Positions 1 to 7,721 are shown, counted from the first letter of the stretch. The stretch: 32,812 bases of DNA from a virus (IMGVR_UViG_3300011335_000333:1-32812), one strand, 5' to 3'. Notes: a model not told the origin generated them from the letters alone. Numbers and translations are program-made.

Positions 1-2
1 GG

Positions 3-119
3 GTGGGCTGGACTTTAGTGTCAGCCGTCGGCCTTGAGCCTGATGAAACTGTGGTGGACTGCACCATGACACCATTCATGGAGCAATGGGATACACAGTA
101 TCGTGAGGTGACAGCGTGA
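3..119 (+). CDS. 3' end of a hypothetical early protein (truncated by window start)
   Basis: Open frame VGWTLVSAVGLEPDETVVDC...YREVTA, with TGA at 117-119 overlapping the next GTG start. Confidence 0.6.
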   Translation: MGWTLVSAVGLEPDETVVDCTMTPFMEQWDTQYREVTA

Positions 120-286
120 ATTTAGAGCAAATCCAAAACGTCCTGTTTGATCTTTATGACATTCGGGATACTCTGTCTACGACAGACAAAGAGCAGCCCA
201 AAAGCGAGGGCAGTGATGAAACCATAGGTGAGGCACTAGATGAGGCTATAGCCTTTATGGTGCAACTTGAAGAGGTGACAGCATGA
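116..286 (+). CDS. Small acidic hypothetical protein (56 aa)
   Basis: GTG start after GAGGTG SD; open frame MNLEQIQNVLFDLYDIRD...EEVTA; GTGA/ATGA coupling at both ends. Not in the supplied ORF track. Confidence 0.65.
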   Translation: MNLEQIQNVLFDLYDIRDTLSTTDKEQPKSEGSDETIGEALDEAIAFMVQLEEVTA

Positions 287-459
287 AAGCATTAGCGAAG
301 CTACTTGGCTACACTGTGTGGTGTCCTCAATATAAAGCATGGCACTACACTTTCACCTTCAAAGAAGCCCTCAGTTGGGCAGCATGCTACGACTGTGGTG
401 CTGCTGTCTATAAAGGTAACACCTTTGTTGCCTATCGCCGAACCCTTAACCATTCCTAA
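283..459 (+). CDS. Small hypothetical protein (58 aa)
   Basis: ATG after GAGGTG SD; MKALAKLLGYTVWCPQYKAWHYTFTFKEALSWAACY...; fills the gap exactly. Confidence 0.6.
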   Translation: MKALAKLLGYTVWCPQYKAWHYTFTFKEALSWAACYDCGAAVYKGNTFVAYRRTLNHS

Positions 460-469
460 AGGAAACAAC

Positions 470-742
470 ATGACAACCTCCGTAGAATTGAACGGCTACA
501 TTACAAACGACATGAAAATGTATGGCTGCAACATCGAAACTTTCAAAGAAAGTGTCAAGCGATCCATCACCTACCGCTTATCAGGTGGTTCGATGGTGGT
601 GGCAGGGCTGATGTCTGATGCCCAAGAAATGATGGCACATGGTGACATCGAAAGTGCTCGAATGTATTTGAACAGGGCGAAAGCCCTAGTGTTTGATATG
701 AGATATGGCGACATGGCCTTCGGCCCTAAGGAAACAAAATGA
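470..742 (+). CDS. Hypothetical early protein (90 aa)
   Basis: AAGGA SD before ATG 470 (start revised from 305); ATGA overlap with next gene. Confidence 0.7.
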   Translation: MTTSVELNGYITNDMKMYGCNIETFKESVKRSITYRLSGGSMVVAGLMSDAQEMMAHGDIESARMYLNRAKALVFDMRYGDMAFGPKETK

Positions 743-981
743 AAGTAATTACATTTACAGTGATGGGAAAGGGGAAGTTTCCCCTTGATATGCTACGTTA
801 TGACCAGTGCTTTCCCTGTGATGGCATATCAGTACATAACACTGAGGCTGACACAGTTGCTGTGCGTTCTGTCAAGCTTATAAGCATAGCAAGCACTGGC
901 ATTACATCATTACGATGGGCCAGCTTCAATTGGTATGTGGACTTTGCCACTGTTCAAGTTTATAACGATTACTCTTCCTAA
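739..981 (+). CDS. Hypothetical phage protein (FPxDMLRYD motif)
   Basis: AAGGA SD, coupled start, 80-aa ORF. Confidence 0.7.
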   Translation: MKVITFTVMGKGKFPLDMLRYDQCFPCDGISVHNTEADTVAVRSVKLISIASTGITSLRWASFNWYVDFATVQVYNDYSS

Positions 982-991
982 AGGAAACACC

Positions 992-1375
992 ATGTTAAAA
1001 GTCTTTGTTTATTTCAACCTCCACAAGAAATGCTTTAGCATTAAGGCTCTTGAGGGCCAGTTCAAGGGGCTGGTCATTGGTCACACTAACAGTGTGTTGC
1101 TCTCTGATGTGACGTTCAAGGTGTCAGCAGCAGGGCGGCGCAGGGTGCTGGCAGAGAAGCGCAAGAATGTCCATGCCGGTGTCGTTGGACACATGGCAGA
1201 CAGTGGTGCTCATGATGTTCACAATCGGTACATGATGCTAGGCACAGGCATCACCTACAACCCCTATCTGTATGACAGCTTTGTGCAGCGCAGCACTCAG
1301 CAGCCAGTACACAATGCCAAGTGGGCTGCATTACTGGCACAGGATGGGAAGGGATACATCAGCGCCCAGCTTTGA
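992..1375 (+). CDS. Conserved-type phage protein (VYFNLHK...KNVHA motifs), function unknown
   Basis: AAGGA SD before ATG 992; motif pattern recalled from a widespread phage family. Confidence 0.75.
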   Translation: MLKVFVYFNLHKKCFSIKALEGQFKGLVIGHTNSVLLSDVTFKVSAAGRRRVLAEKRKNVHAGVVGHMADSGAHDVHNRYMMLGTGITYNPYLYDSFVQRSTQQPVHNAKWAALLAQDGKGYISAQL

Positions 1376-1395
1376 AACGATTTTGAAACAATTAC

Positions 1396-1581
1396 ATGAC
1401 ATACACACTCTATTGGACATTCCGAAACAACCACGAATTGAACAGGCAGTTTGACAACTTCGATCACTTGTGTTTATTTATAAACACTTGTGGCTTAGGA
1501 ACACACCATGACATACTGTCCATTCGATACACAACCAACCAAGATAACGAAGTTAAACACTTGAAAGTGACACACAAATGA
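1396..1581 (+). CDS. Hypothetical protein (61 aa)
   Basis: ORF fills the gap; ATGA coupling to next gene. Confidence 0.55.
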   Translation: MTYTLYWTFRNNHELNRQFDNFDHLCLFINTCGLGTHHDILSIRYTTNQDNEVKHLKVTHK

Positions 1582-1841
1582 AAACATTTACAGTGATTGT
1601 TTACAGTGATAGGGGCCATGCATGGGGCAAGGTGAAGCGTGATGTGCTGCGTAACCTTGGCATTGCCAACTTGGTTAGCTCTTACAGCTACCAACGTAAT
1701 GACTATGTATACCTCGAAGAGGACTGCGATCTGTACCTGCTACAGAAAGCAATGGATGAGGACAATGTCCGACTCAAGTTTATTGAGCGACACACTGACA
1801 GAGAGAGCAAGATTCGTTCTTACCAAAGGTATGCACCATGA
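1578..1841 (+). CDS. Conserved-type phage protein (D-x-GH-x-W ... YLEEDCD motifs)
   Basis: Coupled ORF with motif pattern recalled from phage/plasmid early regions. Confidence 0.75.
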   Translation: MKTFTVIVYSDRGHAWGKVKRDVLRNLGIANLVSSYSYQRNDYVYLEEDCDLYLLQKAMDEDNVRLKFIERHTDRESKIRSYQRYAP

Positions 1842-2047
1842 ACTACTATCAGTTGGGATTTTATGCAGGGCATAAGAATGTACCACTGCATAGGTACATT
1901 GACTTCCCTGACGAACCGCTTGATCTAACCTTGTATGAACAAGGCTGGGACGCAGGACACAAAGAACACCTTCTCGAAGTGGAGAAGAACCAGCAACAAA
2001 TGCTTGAGCATTTTGATCATTTTAAATACTTTCGAAAGGCACTGTGA
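1838..2047 (+). CDS. Hypothetical protein (YxxGW/YxxGF motifs)
   Basis: Coupled ORF, 69 aa. Confidence 0.6.
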   Translation: MNYYQLGFYAGHKNVPLHRYIDFPDEPLDLTLYEQGWDAGHKEHLLEVEKNQQQMLEHFDHFKYFRKAL

Positions 2048-2325
2048 TGTTGACGTATGCATTTAGATGGAGGATCAACAGGAAAATACAGACTGTTGGT
2101 ATTGTGGTGGCACAAAACCTACAAGATTTGTTTTGGGAACTTGATCAATATGCAGATCCATTCGCAGTGGAACTGAAAGAGATAAGCACAGGCTCCATGC
2201 TGTGGATTGAAGATGCTAAAACAAATAACATAAAGTTCCCCGAATCCTTTATGGATTGGGGTGGTAGAGGATGGTTTAAAGCACACGATATTTTTCAAGA
2301 AGGATGGGATAATGATGATATCTGA
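2044..2325 (+). CDS. Hypothetical protein
   Basis: Coupled ORF, 93 aa. Confidence 0.6.
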   Translation: MMLTYAFRWRINRKIQTVGIVVAQNLQDLFWELDQYADPFAVELKEISTGSMLWIEDAKTNNIKFPESFMDWGGRGWFKAHDIFQEGWDNDDI

Positions 2326-2539
2326 AATTGACATTAAAGACTTTGACAAGGGTGATGCCTGTCTGTTGTACCAGTGCAAGCCACGAACCTATATACAGCA
2401 CCCTGCCACTGGCTATGTATACTTCTTTGATCACCTTGATGGGGCATACAGCTACTGCACTGACATGTTCAATGAGGTGGTGCATCTAGTGGCACATGCC
2501 TTAGTAGTGCCTCTGACACGTAAGGAAAAGCCCGACTAA
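2312..2539 (+). CDS. Hypothetical protein (HLDGAYSYC motif)
   Basis: Start revised to MMISEIDIKD at 2312; short overlap with previous gene. Confidence 0.6.
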   Translation: MMISEIDIKDFDKGDACLLYQCKPRTYIQHPATGYVYFFDHLDGAYSYCTDMFNEVVHLVAHALVVPLTRKEKPD

Positions 2540-2552
2540 AACAGTAGGACAT

Positions 2553-2608
2553 TTTTCACAGGGCTTGACCGGCCTTGTGGAAAGCGACTAAAGTAATGTT
2601 GCTTTCAC
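2553..2608 (+). promoter_or_regulatory. Intergenic structured element: two overlapping hairpins with a possible sigma70 promoter
   Basis: TTTTCACAGGGC(2553-2564) pairs with GCCTTGTGGAAA(2572-2583); GTGGAAAGCGAC(2577-2588) pairs with GTTGCTTTCAC(2598-2608); TTGACC 2565-2570 and TAAAGT 2589-2594 are 18 bp apart. Confidence 0.5.
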
Positions 2609-2648
2609 GGCAAGCCAGCCACTCTCAACCAACCTTAAAGGATTTAAA

Positions 2649-3494
2649 ATGGCACACGTAATCTTCTCCCGCAATAACGACAACTCTGCTCTGACAACAC
2701 AGCGCATCATGCAGTTGGCTCCCGCTGCTTTCAGCACAACCAAAGCAGATCGTCTCACCAATCGTTATGTTCCCCTCAACACTGGTGACATGCTGACATT
2801 GATGCAAGACTATGGCTACCAGCCAGTGCAAGCAGCACAGAAGCGTAGCCGTAAGGCTGGCACTGTTGAGCATGGTGCTCACATGTTGGCCTTTGCCAAC
2901 CTCAACGAAGAGGCAGTCGATGGTGTACGTCCTGAGATTGTCCTGTTCAACAGCCATGATGGTACATCAGGTGTTCGTTTGTTTGCTGGTTGCTTCCGCT
3001 TCATCTGCTCCAATGGCATTGTGGCAGGTGATGGATTCAAGAGTAGCATGTATCACAGCAAAGCTTTGCTGGGCTTTGAAGACATGCTGCGTAACACAGT
3101 GGAGACGCTGCCCCTGTTGATGGCACGTATTGAAAAGCTGCGTAGTGTGAAGCTTGACTATGAGCAAGCTCGCCGCTTGGCTGAGGATGCTGTGCTGACA
3201 CGTTGGGACAGCTATGATGCAACACAGGAGAAGCACAAGCATGGTGTGTTTGCTGTGTCTCAAACTGTGCGAGATGTGCTGACAGTGCAGCGTAGTGAAG
3301 ACAACTTTCCTGATGCCTTCACTGTGCTCAACCGCATTCAAGAGGGTGTCATTCGTGGCAGGGCATTGATCCGCTCTGTGTCTGACAAGCACCCAACAGG
3401 GATGATGCGTAAAGCACGGCCTGTCAACAGCGTGAAGGAAAACATTCGTATCAACAGCGAACTGTGGAACTTAGCTGAGGCAGTGGCAGCTTAA
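2649..3494 (+). CDS. DUF932 (DUF945)-family protein
   Basis: Motifs LFNSHDGTS, FRFICSNG and a C-terminal N-x-x-LW-x-LAE; AAGGA SD. Confidence 0.85.
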   Translation: MAHVIFSRNNDNSALTTQRIMQLAPAAFSTTKADRLTNRYVPLNTGDMLTLMQDYGYQPVQAAQKRSRKAGTVEHGAHMLAFANLNEEAVDGVRPEIVLFNSHDGTSGVRLFAGCFRFICSNGIVAGDGFKSSMYHSKALLGFEDMLRNTVETLPLLMARIEKLRSVKLDYEQARRLAEDAVLTRWDSYDATQEKHKHGVFAVSQTVRDVLTVQRSEDNFPDAFTVLNRIQEGVIRGRALIRSVSDKHPTGMMRKARPVNSVKENIRINSELWNLAEAVAA

Positions 3495-3499
3495 TTAAT

Positions 3500-3519
3500 G
3501 GGGCTTCGGCCCCTTGTTT
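3500..3519 (+). terminator. Intrinsic terminator-like hairpin with cUUCGg loop
   Basis: GGGGC-TTCG-GCCCC followed by TTGTTT, directly after the DUF932 stop. Confidence 0.65.
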
Positions 3520-3545
3520 ACCCCATTAACATAAGGAATACCCTA

Positions 3546-3737
3546 ATGAGCTTCATTGCATTCTTGAAAGAACAATACCGCCAGCCTAAGCCTAATGAGG
3601 TGATGCTCAGAGAGCTTGCCACCGCACGGCTTGAGAAGCTTGAGGCTGAGACGGCTGTGGAATATGCACAAAGCATAGTCGATTACAACACCACCCGAAT
3701 CACCCGACTTGAGTATTACTTATCGGATATTAAATGA
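3546..3737 (+). CDS. Small coiled-coil hypothetical protein
   Basis: TAAGGA SD, ATG 3546; ATGA overlap with next gene. Confidence 0.7.
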   Translation: MSFIAFLKEQYRQPKPNEVMLRELATARLEKLEAETAVEYAQSIVDYNTTRITRLEYYLSDIK

Positions 3738-4615
3738 TTACAGAAGATCAGGCTATTGGCCTTTATGTAGGCTTGTTTATAGGCGATGCACTAGGTGCTC
3801 CCCTAGAATTTATGAAGCCTACGCAAATTAAAACCAAGCACACAGAGATGACAGGTGGTGGTGTACATGACACAGCAGCAGGTGAGTGGACAGACGATGG
3901 TGCTATGGCACAAGCTATAGCTGCTGCGTATGTAAAGAACAAGCGCTTTGATCCTGAGGCCATTGCTAGTAACCTGATGCTATGGCGCAGCACTGGAGCC
4001 TTTGGCACTAGAGACTACGTCTTTGATTCTGGACTGACATGTAGCGAAGCTATCCATAGTATGACACCTGAGCAGCCTTACATGGGAAGCACAGACTACA
4101 TGTCATCAGGTAATGGATCTATCATGCGGCTTGCTCCCATCATGGTGGCAAACCATGAAATGATTCCTATGGCGGTGGCACAAGGCATAGCAGTGTCATT
4201 AATGACACATGGTAATGCTGACATAATTAACCACACCACTGCATTCATTCACCAGTGTATGGCAGGACAGCGGTTTGATGCTTATCGAAAGTTCAATAGA
4301 TTTAATTTACGTGAGACAGCAGATATTACTGGCAGAAGGACTGTCAATCATATAGCTCATGCTCATGTCCAAGCTTGGAGTAGCGTCAATCACACACGAT
4401 GCTTTGAGTCTGCTGTCATCCACGCTGTTAACAAGGGGTATGATGCTGACACTGTAGGTGCTGTCACCGGCATGTTAGCTGGGCGTATCTATGGATACTC
4501 TTCGTTTCCACCTCGCTGGTTATCAGTGCTTCACCAACATGAGCACCTAGTAGAGACAGCTAAAGAACTGTATGCTATGGGTACAACAGTAACAACACCA
4601 GTAGAATTACAATGA
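3734..4615 (+). CDS. ADP-ribosylglycohydrolase (DraG/ARH family)
   Basis: All hallmark motifs present: GDALG, WTDD, GNGSIMRLAP, TH, DADTVGAVTGMLAG..YG. Confidence 0.93.
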   Translation: MITEDQAIGLYVGLFIGDALGAPLEFMKPTQIKTKHTEMTGGGVHDTAAGEWTDDGAMAQAIAAAYVKNKRFDPEAIASNLMLWRSTGAFGTRDYVFDSGLTCSEAIHSMTPEQPYMGSTDYMSSGNGSIMRLAPIMVANHEMIPMAVAQGIAVSLMTHGNADIINHTTAFIHQCMAGQRFDAYRKFNRFNLRETADITGRRTVNHIAHAHVQAWSSVNHTRCFESAVIHAVNKGYDADTVGAVTGMLAGRIYGYSSFPPRWLSVLHQHEHLVETAKELYAMGTTVTTPVELQ

Positions 4616-5697
4616 AACTTCCTAGATATCTAATGTCACAGGATGGTGGCTACAGATACAACCCACCAGCAGATGCAGTTGAGGCTGGCATAGTGAGAAG
4701 GCAAGCGTGTGGCACAGACCAGCAGCAAGCCTTTGCCTATGCTGAGGAGCAGAATGCCTTGATGGATGAGTGGCGTAAGGATGTACGTTACTTGCGTACA
4801 CTATCCACCAAGAGCACAGTGGCTGATCTAGTCAGGGCTTATAAGGCAAGCATTGGTTACACCAAGCTTAGCCCTAAGAGTCAGGAAGACTATGCCTATT
4901 TCCTGAGCAAGTGGTATGGCAGCAAGACCTCAGGCACTACGCTGTTGCACACTAGGATGGGTGATCTAGTCACACCGATATGCCAGCGCATCTATGATGA
5001 GCAAGCAAGCCACAGCGTTAGCCTAGCCAATCATGCCCTGTCCATATACAGGTTGTTGTTTAGCTTTGCTATTCGTAATGGCTACACCCAGCACAATCCC
5101 TTCACCAATGTTGCAAAGCAAACAGACAAACCACGTAGGGTGGTGTGGCAGAAAGACAACATAAATAAATTTATGGATACGGCTTTTGCTGAATGGCGTT
5201 GGCGTAATGTAGGATTGATTGTCTACATGGCATATGAATGGGGCCAGCGCTTAGGTGATATGCGTTTGCTTACATGGGATAGCTATGATGTAGAGACAGG
5301 GACACTATCCCTTGAGCAGAGCAAGCGTAGGGCTAGGGTGACCATCCCTACATCGGAGTCTCTACAAGAGATGCTGAAGCAGCAGCATGAAGAGTTTGGG
5401 TGGCAGAGATACATTGTCCCTACGGACAAGGCTGATGGTGCTGGTGGGCTTAAGCCCTATACTAGGGTGGCACTGGCTAAGGCAGGTGCTGCCATCATGC
5501 AGAAGGCAGGACTACCTGAGGAACTGATGATGATGGATCTGCGTAGGACAGCAGTGACTGAGATGATTGAGGCAGGTGTGCCATTGCCTAACGTGATGTC
5601 AATCACAGGGCATGCGACACCACACAGCCTGAGTCCATACATTAAGAACACACTTAAGAGTGCAACAGTGGCACAAGGAATGAGAGGATTGATATGA
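4612..5697 (+). CDS. Tyrosine recombinase/integrase
   Basis: GQRLGD (catalytic R), QSK (K), MDLRRT (HxxR position with H replaced by M), ITGH and catalytic Y in SPY; core-binding region ends in NPF. Confidence 0.9.
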   Translation: MKLPRYLMSQDGGYRYNPPADAVEAGIVRRQACGTDQQQAFAYAEEQNALMDEWRKDVRYLRTLSTKSTVADLVRAYKASIGYTKLSPKSQEDYAYFLSKWYGSKTSGTTLLHTRMGDLVTPICQRIYDEQASHSVSLANHALSIYRLLFSFAIRNGYTQHNPFTNVAKQTDKPRRVVWQKDNINKFMDTAFAEWRWRNVGLIVYMAYEWGQRLGDMRLLTWDSYDVETGTLSLEQSKRRARVTIPTSESLQEMLKQQHEEFGWQRYIVPTDKADGAGGLKPYTRVALAKAGAAIMQKAGLPEELMMMDLRRTAVTEMIEAGVPLPNVMSITGHATPHSLSPYIKNTLKSATVAQGMRGLI

Positions 5698-5939
5698 GCA
5701 GAGCAGAATATCAAAGGGCTTACAGAGAGAAGCTTAAGAGGACACCACGCTATGCTGAGCAGCGAGAGCAGCGCATCATTCAGCAGCGTGAGTATAGAGA
5801 GAAGCGCAAGGAAGCTATACAAGAACTTGTATATGTAGTGGAGAGGGCTCTGCACTATGCAAGGGAATATGAAATACCTCGGCTAGAGATGATAGCTGAG
5901 GCGGCATTACTTTCAATAGGAGATAAATATGTTAAATGA
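5694..5939 (+). CDS. Highly charged (R/E/Q/Y-rich) helical hypothetical protein
   Basis: GAGGA SD, coupled to the integrase stop. Confidence 0.65.
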   Translation: MSRAEYQRAYREKLKRTPRYAEQREQRIIQQREYREKRKEAIQELVYVVERALHYAREYEIPRLEMIAEAALLSIGDKYVK

Positions 5940-6027
5940 TTTGTTCTATAAAGCTGTTGACATACTGGCATGGGTAGGGGCAGTAACCTCCTGCTATGCC
6001 TTCACCTTTTGGATGTGGTACAAATGA
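5929..6027 (+). CDS. 32-aa predicted membrane peptide
   Basis: AGGAG SD; MLNDLFYKAVDILAWVGAVTSCYAFTFWMWYK; ATGA overlap with next gene. Not in the supplied ORF track. Confidence 0.55.
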   Translation: MLNDLFYKAVDILAWVGAVTSCYAFTFWMWYK

Positions 6028-6191
6028 ATTTAAACCAAGGCAAAGTGGCACAGGGGTTGGTTGACGAACTACTCATACTAATCCACTGCTACGATGAGTC
6101 TCTTTATATGTCCACTGTACTGGGCTGCTTAGAGTTGGTCAAGCAACAGTTAATTAACGACAGCATTGACGATGAGGAGGACGAGGCATGA
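6024..6191 (+). CDS. Hypothetical protein with acidic tail
   Basis: Start revised to MNLNQGK at 6024; coupled at both ends. Confidence 0.65.
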   Translation: MNLNQGKVAQGLVDELLILIHCYDESLYMSTVLGCLELVKQQLINDSIDDEEDEA

Positions 6192-6409
6192 ACTACATTG
6201 AACTAGCAAAGCAAGCGGGCTTGGATTGGCACACAGGCTGGACATTAGAAGACGGTGAGCCAAACCGATTTGAAGCACTTTGCAAACTAGCAGCAGCGCA
6301 TGAACGTGAGGAATGCGCCAAGCTGTGTGAAACGCTTGAACTACCTGAGTGGCCTGACAAGGTGCGTCAACCATTGGCGAAAGCAATTAGAGCAAGAGGT
6401 GAAGCATGA
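6188..6409 (+). CDS. Small protein of the EREACAK...AIRARG type (copy 1)
   Basis: AAHEREECAKLCE...AIRARGEA. Confidence 0.75.
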   Translation: MNYIELAKQAGLDWHTGWTLEDGEPNRFEALCKLAAAHEREECAKLCETLELPEWPDKVRQPLAKAIRARGEA

Positions 6410-6660
6410 AATACACAGACCTATTGAAAGACGCTGCTGTAATTGTGCGCGACAAATTATTATGGAAGCGTTTTATTGACGGTACACCCTTGAGTAACGA
6501 CCTGCCTTTTTGGATGGCTGACTTTGCTGCCGCAGCAGTGGCGCATGAACGTGAGGCGTGTGCCAAGCTGTGTGATGGCATGGACAGCACTAGCGATTAC
6601 TACGGGCCACGAGTTGAAATAATTTGTGCAGAAGCAATCAGAGCAAGAGGTGAAGCATGA
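6406..6660 (+). CDS. Small protein of the EREACAK...AIRARG type (copy 2)
   Basis: AHEREACAKLCD...AIRARGEA. Confidence 0.75.
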   Translation: MKYTDLLKDAAVIVRDKLLWKRFIDGTPLSNDLPFWMADFAAAAVAHEREACAKLCDGMDSTSDYYGPRVEIICAEAIRARGEA

Positions 6661-6914
6661 AACTCAAAGACGAACTAGCACACCACCGATTAGCCATCAT
6701 GCGATTGCGTGTCCGTGGTATGAACACAAAACCGCGTAACTATCTTGAAGATGAGATCAACACTTTGCGGGAACTAAGCACTGCCGTTGTACGACAACGT
6801 GATGATCTTGTACGGACACTGGACAAGGCTGAGGCCCACATCAAATTTCTGGAAGATGAACTGTGTACTGTGGTTGCTGATGGTCACTATTCCAGAGCAA
6901 GAGGTGAAGCATGA
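6657..6914 (+). CDS. Coiled-coil hypothetical protein ending RARGEA
   Basis: Coupled ORF; shares the terminal 21 bp with the two previous genes. Confidence 0.65.
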   Translation: MKLKDELAHHRLAIMRLRVRGMNTKPRNYLEDEINTLRELSTAVVRQRDDLVRTLDKAEAHIKFLEDELCTVVADGHYSRARGEA

Positions 6915-7189
6915 GCATTAGACCCCGCCTTAGCAAGTGGAAATACACAAGGCCAAAGTTTGTAGACCGAGCAGCCTTCAAGACTTTACTGAAGCGCAAT
7001 GGTTTCAAGGTTAAGCGCGACTTCTACGGGGCAGGTTGCTGTATCGCCCAGCATGGTGGTCGGCAATATCGTTTTCGTTTTGACTCAGACGAAGTAGATG
7101 TGTCATGCCCGCTGGCAGACTTTGATCGCTGGGCAAATAGCACGGACGAAACAATGAGTATTGAAGAAATGAAAGTGAGGTTGTCATGA
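6911..7189 (+). CDS. Hypothetical basic protein
   Basis: Coupled ORF, 92 aa. Confidence 0.65.
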   Translation: MSIRPRLSKWKYTRPKFVDRAAFKTLLKRNGFKVKRDFYGAGCCIAQHGGRQYRFRFDSDEVDVSCPLADFDRWANSTDETMSIEEMKVRLS

Positions 7190-7344
7190 CAGGTTACAAA
7201 TCAAAGAAAGTAGCAGCTAACGTAAAGCTGCTAGGCCATAAACCATTACCGAAACAATGGCCCTTTCCCACTACGCTGCGTCCAATAAAGCCAGTGGGCA
7301 AGCTGCCGTTTAATCCAAACAACCATGAGGATGCACTACTATGA
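7186..7344 (+). CDS. Small Pro-rich protein (MTGYKSKK...WPFPT), 52 aa
   Basis: GAGG SD; ATGA coupling at both ends. Not in the supplied ORF track. Confidence 0.65.
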   Translation: MTGYKSKKVAANVKLLGHKPLPKQWPFPTTLRPIKPVGKLPFNPNNHEDALL

Positions 7345-7721
7345 CCAAAAACGAAGCATTGAAGCTGGCGCTTGAGTCGTTGGAGCGCATCGACCTGTGG
7401 TTGAAGGCTAGATACAGCGGCATTGGGCTTGTCGGTGTTGAGTTGGATGCCCTCACCGCCATCAAAGAAGCCTTGGCACAGCCAGCGCAGGAGCCTATAG
7501 GTTATGCGGTTCCAACTTTTGATTTTGACAATAGCGTCATTAAAAAAGTCCAGTACGCAAGAACAGTGCCCCTCTACACCGACCCACCACAGCGTTCTTG
7601 GGTGGGGTTGACTGAGGAAGATTTAAAACCACTATGTGCTGAATGGCGAATTGTTTATGGCGCATGGATGGACGACTTTGCGCGAGACATTGAAGCCAAA
7701 CTCAAGGAGAAGAACACATGA
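7341..7721 (+). CDS. Hypothetical phage protein (ALAQPAQEP...PLYT..WVGLT..IEAKLKEKNT type)
   Basis: Motif pattern recalled from small proteins of betaproteobacterial phages; coupled. Confidence 0.75.
   Translation: MTKNEALKLALESLERIDLWLKARYSGIGLVGVELDALTAIKEALAQPAQEPIGYAVPTFDFDNSVIKKVQYARTVPLYTDPPQRSWVGLTEEDLKPLCAEWRIVYGAWMDDFARDIEAKLKEKNT

Larger units (their letters stand above)
6389..6914 (+). repeat. Three direct 21-bp repeats AGAGCAAGAGGTGAAGCATGA at gene junctions
   Basis: Exact copies at 6389-6409, 6640-6660 and 6894-6914. Confidence 0.95.

Noticed and set aside
40-52. CTGATGA resembling a hammerhead ribozyme core
   Set aside because: No stem II or separate GAAA core with flanking helices; it lies in an open frame (PDET)
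715-725. GGCCTTCGGCC as a third UUCG terminator
   Set aside because: Only a 4-bp stem, no U-tract, and inside a CDS
6389-6914. Regularly spaced 21-bp repeats as a CRISPR array
   Set aside because: Spacing is about 250 bp, the intervening DNA is protein coding, the repeat is not palindromic and no cas genes are present
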